Assembly (NCBI GenBank): GCA_903831095.1
Contig: CAIKWD010000026.1
Location: 136,477 to 200,476 of the forward strand
From: Candidatus Staskawiczbacteria bacterium
GTDB lineage: Bacteria > Patescibacteriota > Minisyncoccia > Minisyncoccales > Staskawiczbacteraceae
DNA: 64,000 bases
Direction of reading: 5' to 3'
Below the pieces are notes generated by a model. It had not been told where the DNA came from. It saw nothing but the letters and a program-made list of their open reading frames with translations, and ran no database searches. The number at the start of each line of letters is the position of its first letter. Positions within the stretch are counted from its first letter, which is position 1. The position numbers and the translations under genes are program-made. Shown piece by piece: positions 1-7,615 of the stretch.

Positions 1-44
1 TGAATAAGATATATAGAAGAGAGACAGAAGTTAGGGATTCTAAA

Positions 45-728
45 ATGAGGAAGTGGTTAATATATTTAACTTTGTTTATTGCTTCTCTAATTATTATGGG
101 CGACTTGGTTTTTACAATAAACACATTTTTAGGTGGAGAAATTACAACCAGGTTTATTTTGAAATCTTTGTCAGTTTTGTTGGTTGCGGGAGTAATTTTT
201 GGATATTATTTGAATGATGTCAGAAAAGAAACCCCTACTGCCTCGGCAAAATATTTTGCTTGGGTATCTGGAGTTTTGGTTTTGGCAGTTTTAGTTATGT
301 CTTTTATTGTTATTGGCTCGCCAAATTCAGCCAGGCTTTTGCAGTTTGACCAGCAGAAGGTTAACGATTTGCAAAATATACAGTCTCAGGTGGTAAATTA
401 TTATCAGAAGAAAGGAACTCTTCCGGCAAAAGCTGTAGATCTGCAAGATTCAATTTCTGGTTTTGTCATACCCGTTGATCCGCAAGCTGGGAGCAATGGT
501 TTTATTTACGAATACAATATAAAAGATGTTGCCAATTTATCATTTGAATTATGTGCAACATTTAACAAACCGTCTCAGTTGCAATCTGGCTTGATGAAAA
601 CTCCTGCCTTAAATCCAATTGACGGAAGAAATCAAGTTTGGGATCACTTAGTTGGAAGAGTTTGTTTTCAGAGAACAATCGATAAACAGCTTTATCCAGT
701 AAATCCAAATGTTGTGCCTGTAAAGTAG
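45..728 (+). CDS. Multi-pass membrane protein (DUF5671-like N-terminus, pilin-like C-terminal region)
   Basis: 227-aa ORF with three hydrophobic helices in the first ~95 aa. The C-terminal ...PVDPQ...YEYN...FELCATF pattern resembles pseudopilin-type domains. Family assigned from memory only. Confidence 0.5.
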   Translation: MRKWLIYLTLFIASLIIMGDLVFTINTFLGGEITTRFILKSLSVLLVAGVIFGYYLNDVRKETPTASAKYFAWVSGVLVLAVLVMSFIVIGSPNSARLLQFDQQKVNDLQNIQSQVVNYYQKKGTLPAKAVDLQDSISGFVIPVDPQAGSNGFIYEYNIKDVANLSFELCATFNKPSQLQSGLMKTPALNPIDGRNQVWDHLVGRVCFQRTIDKQLYPVNPNVVPVK

Positions 729-779
729 TAAGCTGTGAGTAACTTGTGGACAAGGGGTATAATAACTATGTAAATAAAA

Positions 780-1655
780 ATGGCAGAAGCTGTTGAAACA
801 ACAGATAATAAATATCCTAAAGTATTAAAGGAATCTTTAAAGAATCTTATAGCAAGCCAGGGGCCCAAGAAGTTATATTACAAGGGAAACTGGAGCGAGG
901 AAATATTTGAAAATTGTCTGGCAGTTGTGGGTTCGCGCCACCTGACTTATTATGGCAGGAAAGCAACAGAACAATTGGTGACAGAATGTGCTGCTGCCGG
1001 GCTTACAATTGTTTCTGGGTTTATGTATGGGGGCGACGAAGCGGCTCATTCTGCAACTGTAAAATGCGGAGGCAAAACGATAGCTGTAATGCCTTGCGGA
1101 ATTGATTTAATACATCCTGGTACTCAGAAAAAACTTTATCAGGAAATTTTGGAAAAAGGCGGGTTGATTATTTCCGAATATGAAGGAGTCACTCAGCCTC
1201 AAACCTTTACTTATGTTCAACGTGACAGAATTGTAGCCGGATTATGCAAAGCAGTTTTGGTAACAGAAGCTGCCTTGGAGTCCGGCTCTTTAATTACAGC
1301 CAGTTATGCAAAAAAATATGGCAAGAAAATATTTGCCTTGCCAGGGCCAATTACCAGCGAGCTTTCAAAAGGCACAATTAAACTTATAAAAGAAGGGGCT
1401 TATCCCGTGACCGAAGCAAAAGAGATTTTGGATTTTTATAAAATTACTCCTACTCATAAAAAAGCAAATAAAAGTTTTATTACTGGCAATACGCTCGAAG
1501 ACAAAATTATAGAGCAGTTAAAAAGAGAGCCGCTGAAAGCTGATCAACTTGCTAGAATGTTTGCAGTCCCTGTGGCAAAGCTGGGCACTTCCCTATCGCT
1601 CATGCAGTTGAAGGGGTTTATAAATTGTGAAAATGGAAAATATTACATCAACTAA
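780..1655 (+). CDS. dprA: DNA processing protein DprA/Smf
   Basis: 291 aa. Contains VVGSRHLTYYGRKAT...IVSGFMYGGDEAAH...IAVMPCGID, the typical DprA Rossmann core, plus a C-terminal wHTH-like tail. Confidence 0.85.
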   Translation: MAEAVETTDNKYPKVLKESLKNLIASQGPKKLYYKGNWSEEIFENCLAVVGSRHLTYYGRKATEQLVTECAAAGLTIVSGFMYGGDEAAHSATVKCGGKTIAVMPCGIDLIHPGTQKKLYQEILEKGGLIISEYEGVTQPQTFTYVQRDRIVAGLCKAVLVTEAALESGSLITASYAKKYGKKIFALPGPITSELSKGTIKLIKEGAYPVTEAKEILDFYKITPTHKKANKSFITGNTLEDKIIEQLKREPLKADQLARMFAVPVAKLGTSLSLMQLKGFINCENGKYYIN

Positions 1656-2094
1656 AATAAAGCGTTTAATTTTTGAAACATATATTGCTGTCATAAAAAA
1701 TAGCATTGGCGCAAATTTATTTAGAAATTTTTACGTTAAAAAAAATAATAGGAAAATTGACGTGGCAAACAACGGAGAGTTTTCCTGTGCGTTTTATGTT
1801 TCTTCAATTTTAGTTTTGTTTAAATTGATTAAGGAGGTTCATTTAACAGTTGACTCTACAGTCAAAGATTTAGAAAAATCAGGCTGGAAGAAAATCAAGA
1901 AGCCAAAAATAGGAAGTATTTTGGTTTGGGAAAGTTTAGCTTTTAATAGTGAGGCTCATAAACATGTAGGTTTTTTTATTGGGAATAACAAGGCAATAAG
2001 TAATAGTTATAAGAAGGGTTGTCCTGTTGAACACAGTTGGAATTTTAATGGCAAGAGAAAGGTTGATTTCATATTTTGGAATAATAATTTATAA
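1633..2094 (+). CDS. Putative NlpC/P60-like papain-fold hydrolase
   Basis: A Cys...His arrangement (FSCAFYVSSIL ... GSILVWE ... HKHVGFFIGNNKAISNS) resembles NlpC/P60/CHAP. ATG at 1633 is preferred over the GTG at 1627. The ORF overlaps the dprA end. Confidence 0.4.
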   Translation: MENITSTKIKRLIFETYIAVIKNSIGANLFRNFYVKKNNRKIDVANNGEFSCAFYVSSILVLFKLIKEVHLTVDSTVKDLEKSGWKKIKKPKIGSILVWESLAFNSEAHKHVGFFIGNNKAISNSYKKGCPVEHSWNFNGKRKVDFIFWNNNL

Positions 2095-2114
2095 TTGATT
2101 AATACTAAAAAGTA

Positions 2115-2142
2115 ACCGCTTAGGCGGTACCGCTTAAGCGGT
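2115..2142. repeat. Two abutting 14-bp palindromes (ACCGCTTAGGCGGT, ACCGCTTAAGCGGT), REP-like
   Basis: Read directly from the sequence. Same family as the 5.2-5.7 kb array. Lies between two + strand genes and could fold as hairpins. Confidence 0.8.
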
Positions 2143-2168
2143 ATTTATATTATTTAAATTTATATATT

Positions 2169-3704
2169 ATGCTAATTAAAGTTCCTTCGGTAGTTAATTT
2201 GGGGTTAGAAACAATTAAGGTAGACATTGAAATTAATTTGGCCAACAAAGGCCTGCCCGGGTTTGAAATTGTGGGCTTAGCTGGTAAAGCAGTAGACGAA
2301 AGTAAGGAAAGAGTACGCACGGCAATTGTAAGTAGTGAGGTTGATTTTCCACAAAAGAAAATAACTGTAAATATGGCGCCAGCTGATGTGCCAAAAGAGG
2401 GTTCAATGTATGACTTGCCAATTGCTTTGGGAATTTTAAGTAGTGTTCTGGATTTTCCAATTCCGCAGAAATCTTTATTTTTAGGAGAGCTTTCTTTTGA
2501 TGGCAGTTTGCGCCACACTAAGGGTGCTTTTTTAATGGCGCTTTTTGCCAAAGAAAACGGATTTGTAAATCTATATGTTCCAAAAGATTCAGCCAACGAA
2601 GCTGCAGCAATTAAAGGACTTAAAGTTTTTCCTGTAGAAAATTTAGAGCAAATTTGTAATCACTTGCTTGGAAAGATAGATATTTATCCAATTACCTATA
2701 AGCAAGGTAAAGAAGAAAAAACTTCTGGAGTTGAATTTGATATGAAAGAAGTTTTAGGCCAAGAACAGGCTAAGCGTGCCATGGAAATTGCAGCTTCAGG
2801 TGGACACAATATTATTATGGTAGGAAGCCCTGGGTCTGGTAAAACAATGTTGGCCCGTGCTTTGGCAGGAATTTTGCCTCCACTTAATGAGGCAGAAAGT
2901 TTGGAAGTTACAAAAATATATTCGGCTTCTGGCGGAATTCCGCCTGGTGGAAGTTTGATAACAATGCGCCAGTTTCGCGCGCCTCATCACACTGCTTCTT
3001 TGGCGGGCTTGGTGGGAGGAGGGTCAAAACCTCAGCCTGGTGAAATTAGTTTGGCTCACAGAGGTGTTTTGTTCTTAGACGAGTTTAACGAATTTCCGCG
3101 CACAATTGTGGAAGCCTTGCGCCAGCCTTTGGAAGACGGGCATTTGACAATTTCTCGAAGTAAACAGCGCATTACCTACCCCGCCGACTTTATGCTGGTG
3201 GCTTCGGCCAACCCCTGCCCTTGCGGATATGCAATGCATCCTAAAAAAAGCTGCAACTGCAGTCAGAACCAAATTCAAAAATATCAGAAACGCATTTCGG
3301 GCCCAATTTTAGACAGAATAGATTTGCATATTTCTGTAATGCCAGTTGACGCAACTGAGTTTGAAGGCAACCAGGAGAAGTCGGAATTTTTGGAAGCTTC
3401 AGAAAAAATAAGACAGAGAGTTATTCAGGCTCGGCAAAGGCAGGAGGCTAGGTTTGCTGGCGAACAAATTTGCGCAAACAGCCAGATGAAGAATAGCCAC
3501 ATTAAAAAGTACTGCAAGCTGGCAAATGATGTTGAGGAAATTTTACGGCAGGCCAGCTTGAAGTTCCAGCTTTCAGCCAGGTCTTATATGAAAATGATAA
3601 AAGTGGCACGAACAATTGCCGACTTAGATGGGGCTGACGAAATTGCAATTTCGCATATGGCTGAAGCGCTTCAGTACAAGCCAAAAAATTTCGAAACAGC
3701 TTAA
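2169..3704 (+). CDS. comM: ComM/YifB family Mg-chelatase-like AAA+ ATPase
   Basis: 511 aa. Lon-like N-terminal domain, Walker A GSPGSGKT, and the HRGVLFLDEF and PCPCG motifs typical of YifB/ComM. Confidence 0.85.
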   Translation: MLIKVPSVVNLGLETIKVDIEINLANKGLPGFEIVGLAGKAVDESKERVRTAIVSSEVDFPQKKITVNMAPADVPKEGSMYDLPIALGILSSVLDFPIPQKSLFLGELSFDGSLRHTKGAFLMALFAKENGFVNLYVPKDSANEAAAIKGLKVFPVENLEQICNHLLGKIDIYPITYKQGKEEKTSGVEFDMKEVLGQEQAKRAMEIAASGGHNIIMVGSPGSGKTMLARALAGILPPLNEAESLEVTKIYSASGGIPPGGSLITMRQFRAPHHTASLAGLVGGGSKPQPGEISLAHRGVLFLDEFNEFPRTIVEALRQPLEDGHLTISRSKQRITYPADFMLVASANPCPCGYAMHPKKSCNCSQNQIQKYQKRISGPILDRIDLHISVMPVDATEFEGNQEKSEFLEASEKIRQRVIQARQRQEARFAGEQICANSQMKNSHIKKYCKLANDVEEILRQASLKFQLSARSYMKMIKVARTIADLDGADEIAISHMAEALQYKPKNFETA

Positions 3705-3760
3705 AATACTTGCTTGTACATTAATAATCATGTAAAGTTAAATCAACAATTTAATAATTA

Positions 3761-3900
3761 GCCTAAACCCGCAGATTTATTTGTGGGCATGGTAATAAAA
3801 GTCCGATTAAGAATAGAGATCCCATCATGGGGTTTAGCTTAATCGGCCATACTTGGAAACTTGTATGAGAGACTTTGTCTCTACCTGTGGTGGGCTTTTT
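3761..3900 (+). ncRNA. Unclassified structured RNA motif, copy 1 (leader or sRNA ending in a U-tract)
   Basis: About 140 nt homologous to the reverse complement of 44420-44555, with compensatory helix changes. GAAA-capped and UUU/UUCG-capped hairpins. Ends GTGGTGGGCTTTTT. Confidence 0.45.
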
Positions 3901-3939
3901 GTTAAGCAAAATCCTTCTGCAGGTGAAAAGAGAAAATTT

Positions 3940-4797
3940 ATGGGAACAAGAAATATAGAAAATCGACGTCAGGAGACTGACGAAAATGAGGGTGGAAATA
4001 TGGAATCTGTCTGGGGTAATATTACTCCAGATTATAATAGCCCGGATTTTGAAAAGAAATTTCAAACTGTGCTTGAGTCAAATTCTAAATTTCCTGGTCA
4101 ACTTATTAAAATATTAGATGAATTGCGAGTTGTATATGGCGCAGAACGAGAAAATGCTTATTCCAAAGATGTCGAGAATTTTGGTAAAAAAAGCGGCGTT
4201 AGTAATGAAGACTGGCTTGAGTTAAAAATTGAAAAATATTCCAAACAGGCCTATGAAACATTGTTAAAATCGCCTGATGTTTCTAAGGAGCAATTAATTC
4301 AATCAATCACATTCAAGGATTACATGTTTGATGATGGAGCATCACTTGTTGCCGAAAAATTAGGTACAGAAGCTAAAGACAACAAAGAAAGGATTGAACT
4401 TATTGTCTCTATGAAGGATCGTCTTCCTTATTCAATATCTGTAATTGCTGATCAACTAATGGAAAATAGTGCAACAAAAGGTGAAATAGCGGAAGCAATA
4501 AAATCTATAGCTTGTCCATATGCGGCGGGCGAAGCATTAAATACCCTTTTAACTGGTTTTTTGAAATTAGAAGATACTTCCGTAGATGATGTAAAAGAAA
4601 TTTTTAAGTCACCAGGGATCAATAGTTATCTTGCCCGTAACTCTATATTTGATGAAGCAACTGATAAAAAACAAGCACTTCAATCTGTTAATGCTTTTTT
4701 CCGAAAGGAACATTTTTACAGCGTTGAACAGCGTATTGCTATGGCAGAACATGTAGATGAAGAGAATAAGCCCAAAAAATCAACAAAGAGATATTAA
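3940..4797 (+). CDS. Hypothetical helical protein
   Basis: Long ORF. The track start at 3853 lies inside the RNA motif, so ATG 3940 is used. ATG 4000, preceded by GAGGGTGGA, is an equally plausible start. Confidence 0.55.
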   Translation: MGTRNIENRRQETDENEGGNMESVWGNITPDYNSPDFEKKFQTVLESNSKFPGQLIKILDELRVVYGAERENAYSKDVENFGKKSGVSNEDWLELKIEKYSKQAYETLLKSPDVSKEQLIQSITFKDYMFDDGASLVAEKLGTEAKDNKERIELIVSMKDRLPYSISVIADQLMENSATKGEIAEAIKSIACPYAAGEALNTLLTGFLKLEDTSVDDVKEIFKSPGINSYLARNSIFDEATDKKQALQSVNAFFRKEHFYSVEQRIAMAEHVDEENKPKKSTKRY

Positions 4798-4851
4798 TTA
4801 GAATACAAAATGTAAAATTAAAAAGACCTGCCAATTAGCAGGTCTTTTATA

Positions 4852-5529
4852 TTAGATGTTTTTTTCAGATTCTTCAGACTCGGTAAAGCTTCCATTCTCG
4901 AACTTAATCCCCTCTCCTGTCTCGCCGAAAGGTTGGTCTTTTTTGGGCGCGTGAAGTTGCTTTTGGAGATGGTTTATTTGAGCTGCCAACAGTTGCTTTG
5001 TATTTTTTGCGTCGGTTATTATTTTTTCAATTAGGCCTTGCAAAAACTTCTCTCTTTCTACTAATTCGTTGTCTTTGGCTTTGTAGTCTCCAAGCAAAGA
5101 TTCATATTTTTTTATCCAGTCTTTTTTCTCGGCTCGGTCTTCTTTTAATATCTCCAAAAACTCTCGATCAACTGTTATTTGGTCTGGCTCAATTTCCTCG
5201 GACCGCTTAGTCGCTTCGTCTGACCGCTTAAGCGGTACCGCATAAGCGGTGGGGGTACCGCTTAAGCGGTTTGCCTCAATTTCATCGGACCGCTTAGGCG
5301 GTACCGCATAAGCGGTTTCCTGAGGCACTACTTCCAACTCTTTTACCCAAAAATTTTCTTTTAAAAGAATAATGTTCCCAACTCCCTTTTCATATTTTTC
5401 ACTCAAATTTCCCTCGAGTTTCTGAGGGTCAGTCAATTTATACTTTCTAATTCTTCTTCTAATCCTTATGTCTGCAACTTCATATTTTTGGATGAATTCC
5501 TGTATTGTTAAAAAGTCGTTATTGTTCAT
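4852..5529 (-). CDS. Hypothetical protein with HTH-like N-terminus, palindrome-encoded peptide repeats and a C-terminal coiled coil
   Basis: 225 aa. The internal repeats TAYAVP(P/L)KRSDE are encoded by the CCGCTTAAGCGG palindromes at 5201-5316. The C-terminus is heptad-rich. Confidence 0.6.
   Translation of the reverse strand: MNNNDFLTIQEFIQKYEVADIRIRRRIRKYKLTDPQKLEGNLSEKYEKGVGNIILLKENFWVKELEVVPQETAYAVPPKRSDEIEANRLSGTPTAYAVPLKRSDEATKRSEEIEPDQITVDREFLEILKEDRAEKKDWIKKYESLLGDYKAKDNELVEREKFLQGLIEKIITDAKNTKQLLAAQINHLQKQLHAPKKDQPFGETGEGIKFENGSFTESEESEKNI
5201..5316. repeat. Cluster of 5-6 ACCGC(T/A)TA(A/G)GCGGT palindromes inside a CDS
   Basis: Copies at 5223-5236, 5237-5250, 5257-5270, 5289-5302 and 5303-5316, plus a degenerate copy at about 5201-5215. 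Confidence 0.85.
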
Positions 5530-5549
5530 TTTTTTGTTTTATTTTTAAG

Positions 5550-5666
5550 ACCGCTTAAGCGGTAGCGCTTAAGCGGTTTGGGAAGCGCTTAAGCGGTTTT
5601 GGGGTACCGCTTAAGCGGTAGCGCTTAAGCGGTGGGGGGGCGCTTAAGCGGTTCCGCTTAAGCGCT
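5550..5666. repeat. Intergenic array of 7 (A/G)(C/G)CGCTTAAGCG(G/C)T palindromes
   Basis: Copies at 5550-5563, 5564-5577, 5584-5597, 5606-5619, 5620-5633, 5640-5652 and 5653-5666, separated by 0-8 nt with G-runs between them. Located in the divergent intergenic region. Confidence 0.85.
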
Positions 5667-5727
5667 TTATTAATTAATTTTACCAACGTAGGAAAGCAAT
5701 GTCAACATCAAGTTTACCTAAAAACTG

Positions 5728-5769
5728 TCAGGTTAACATATGTTAACCTGAAGTCGTAAGTGGTATAAT
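5728..5769 (+). promoter_or_regulatory. Perfect inverted repeat TCAGGTTAAC-ATAT-GTTAACCTGA overlapping the -35 region of an extended -10 promoter (TGGTATAAT)
   Basis: IR at 5728-5751. TATAAT at 5764-5769, 6 nt before ATG 5776. The GTTAAC half-site sits where a -35 element would be. Confidence 0.5.
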
Positions 5770-5775
5770 AGAAGT

Positions 5776-5967
5776 ATGATAGAAATTAACGGAAAAGATT
5801 ATTATACAATTAAGGAATTAGCCGAGGTTCTGAAAATCAGTCGGATATCTGTTTTTAAAAGAGTGAGGCAGGGTTCAATTATAGGGCAGAAAATTGGCCG
5901 CGATTTTGTCATATTTAAAAGGGATATAGATTTAGGTAAATTGAAATCCATAGTAAAGCATAATTAA
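5776..5967 (+). CDS. Excisionase-family (HTH_17/MerR-like) DNA-binding protein
   Basis: 63 aa. YYTIKELAEVLKISRISVFKRVRQGSIIGQKIGRDFVIFKRDID matches the excisionase-type HTH pattern. Confidence 0.75.
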   Translation: MIEINGKDYYTIKELAEVLKISRISVFKRVRQGSIIGQKIGRDFVIFKRDIDLGKLKSIVKHN

Positions 5968-5980
5968 GTTTTGTGTTTCT

Positions 5981-6004
5981 TCAGGTTAACAGTGGTTAAC
6001 CTGA
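5981..6004 (+). promoter_or_regulatory. Second copy of the inverted repeat TCAGGTTAAC-AGTG-GTTAACCTGA (operator or hairpin)
   Basis: Identical 10-bp arms to 5728-5751. Lies 14 nt after the HTH stop codon with no T-tract after it. Confidence 0.45.
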
Positions 6005-6042
6005 GATTAAATAGAATATAACGTATCCTTTACACATCTCAT

Positions 6043-6999
6043 ATGAATCCACAAGAGTATATACAGTTACAATTAAAGGAGTTGGAAAATTTCAACCCTA
6101 GGGAAATTACAACAGAAAACCTTCACGAGGAGATTTTTAGACTTTTAATGTCAAAAAAATTTAGGAAATATTCTGCTAAGCCCGAACTTGTTGAACATAT
6201 AAAAAATGCAATCAAGATAAATATCAAAGAAAATAAACCAATTAACTTGGTCTTTCCTCATGGCGCTTATAAATTGTGGAGACTTGAAGAGGCGCCCTTT
6301 CCAGATTGGGCAGAATTATTTACGGTAATGTATTATATAAAATGGCTTAAACCGATTTGTGAGATTTATACTCCAGGTGTGCGACTTGAGTTTTATGTTG
6401 ATGACATTATACTCCCTAAAATAAATAATATCTCATTGGAAGATGTCGAACTTTACATTAGTGAGTATCAGAAGATTTTAGATTTTCTCAAGCAATATCG
6501 TCTACAAAATTTTGCAGTGGAAATAACTAGATTTAAAGATTGGTTCCCTAAGGAAGAAATCTTTGAGCAGGCTCTACAAAAAAATATTGAAAAACTTTCA
6601 CTCACAAATCCCATTTTTACCGATAAACAACTAAAAGCAGTTGAATTGAACGCACAACCAACATTAGAACAATTGAAAGATCCTATATGGCGAGAAAAAA
6701 TTAGATTAATTCATGACGCATACATTAATTTAAAGAGAGAAAGGGGCTATTATTTTCAGCCTGATAAGATTGCTATATTTAGCCAACAGCTTAGTTCAGG
6801 AATGTTTCTTGCAGTTGGAACAACTAAAACTTCCATTGCCAAATTTTGGGTAGGCGCTGGTATTCTTGAAAGGAGGGGAGAGAATTATATTGAACATATT
6901 TTTTCGCCTAAACAACTAGCCTCGAAAAAATTTACACTTGAAGCAGTGTCTATCAAAGGATTAGATTCTAAAAATTTCAAAACAATAAGGGTTTTATAA
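6043..6999 (+). CDS. Hypothetical protein
   Basis: 318-aa ORF with normal composition. No motif I recognise. Confidence 0.6.
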   Translation: MNPQEYIQLQLKELENFNPREITTENLHEEIFRLLMSKKFRKYSAKPELVEHIKNAIKINIKENKPINLVFPHGAYKLWRLEEAPFPDWAELFTVMYYIKWLKPICEIYTPGVRLEFYVDDIILPKINNISLEDVELYISEYQKILDFLKQYRLQNFAVEITRFKDWFPKEEIFEQALQKNIEKLSLTNPIFTDKQLKAVELNAQPTLEQLKDPIWREKIRLIHDAYINLKRERGYYFQPDKIAIFSQQLSSGMFLAVGTTKTSIAKFWVGAGILERRGENYIEHIFSPKQLASKKFTLEAVSIKGLDSKNFKTIRVL

Positions 7000-7023
7000 T
7001 TGGTTATTTTTTAGTTGAAAATT

Positions 7024-7401
7024 ATGGCAGAGCATAATTATGTAGGAAAAATTGGTGAGGACTTGGCACGGAAATATTTGGAGGAGAATGGATATAAAAT
7101 TCTTGAGCAGAATTATAAAACAAAATATGCTGAGATTGATTTGGTTGCAGAAAAGTCAGCAAAGTTTTTGGGAAAGAGTACTTTGGTTTTTGTGGAGGTG
7201 CGAACCAAGGTTGGTGAACAGTGGGGCAGTCCTGAAGATACAATAAACAAAGCCAAGCTTTGGAAGGTTTTGCAAAATGCCAAAAGTTACGCAGCTTTTA
7301 AAAAGTGGCAGGGGGCAGAAAGAATTGATGCTATATGTATTGTCTTGAAACCTGATTATTCTGTTGTGCGTCTTACACACCATGAAAACATAATTGCTTG
7401 A
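7024..7401 (+). CDS. yraN: YraN family (UPF0102) endonuclease-like protein
   Basis: GEDLARKYLEENGYKILEQNYKTKYAEIDLVA...LVFVEVRTK is the typical YraN PD-(D/E)xK core. ATG 7024 is preferred over TTG 7015. Confidence 0.8.
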   Translation: MAEHNYVGKIGEDLARKYLEENGYKILEQNYKTKYAEIDLVAEKSAKFLGKSTLVFVEVRTKVGEQWGSPEDTINKAKLWKVLQNAKSYAAFKKWQGAERIDAICIVLKPDYSVVRLTHHENIIA

Positions 7402-7451
7402 CATCAGTGGTTTAAATTGCTAAACTTAATCCAAGATAAGAAAGATTATTT

Positions 7452-7479
7452 GTCCGTCTGACCACGGGCTTTTATTTTT
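7452..7479 (+). terminator. Rho-independent terminator after yraN
   Basis: GTCCGT-CTGACC-ACGGGC stem-loop followed by TTTTATTTTT. Confidence 0.6.
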
Positions 7480-7523
7480 CTCGCACCCTTCTTATTAAAT
7501 ATATATAGAAGGCTGTAATTAAT

Positions 7524-7603
7524 AATCGCTCGGTAATAAACTTTTCTGCGCTATTTCGCCACTTCGTGTGCGAAGGGCTTTCGAAAAGTTCATTACCTCG
7601 CTT
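7524..7603 (+). repeat. Palindromic ~80-nt repeat element, copy a (5' of nusA)
   Basis: ATCGCTCGGTAATAAACTTTT...GAAAAGTTCATTACCTCGCTT. Homologous to 17146-17224 and 33442-33576. Confidence 0.7.
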
Positions 7604-7615
7604 AAACATACAATT

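Noticed and set aside
3761-3900. Assigning the paired RNA motif to SRP RNA, RNase P RNA (there is an AAAGTCC-like string), tmRNA or 6S RNA.
   Set aside because: The size, the presence of two copies, the lack of the SRP GGAA/AGCA domain IV, the lack of a tRNA-like end, and the absence of other RNase P conserved regions all argue against these classes. An Rfam scan is still needed.
5550-5666. The palindrome array considered as a CRISPR array.
   Set aside because: The repeats are only 14 bp and abut each other, or are separated by 0-8 nt of G-runs. There are no unique spacers of regular length and no cas genes in the window.
7568-7615. N-terminal extensions of nusA (GTG 7568) and rny (GTG 17187) given in the ORF track.
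   Set aside because: The extensions consist of the repeat element. Canonical NusA and RNase Y N-termini begin at the downstream ATGs (MDIKNFKV..., and MDIISFII... with its TM helix). Translation of the extension cannot be formally excluded.
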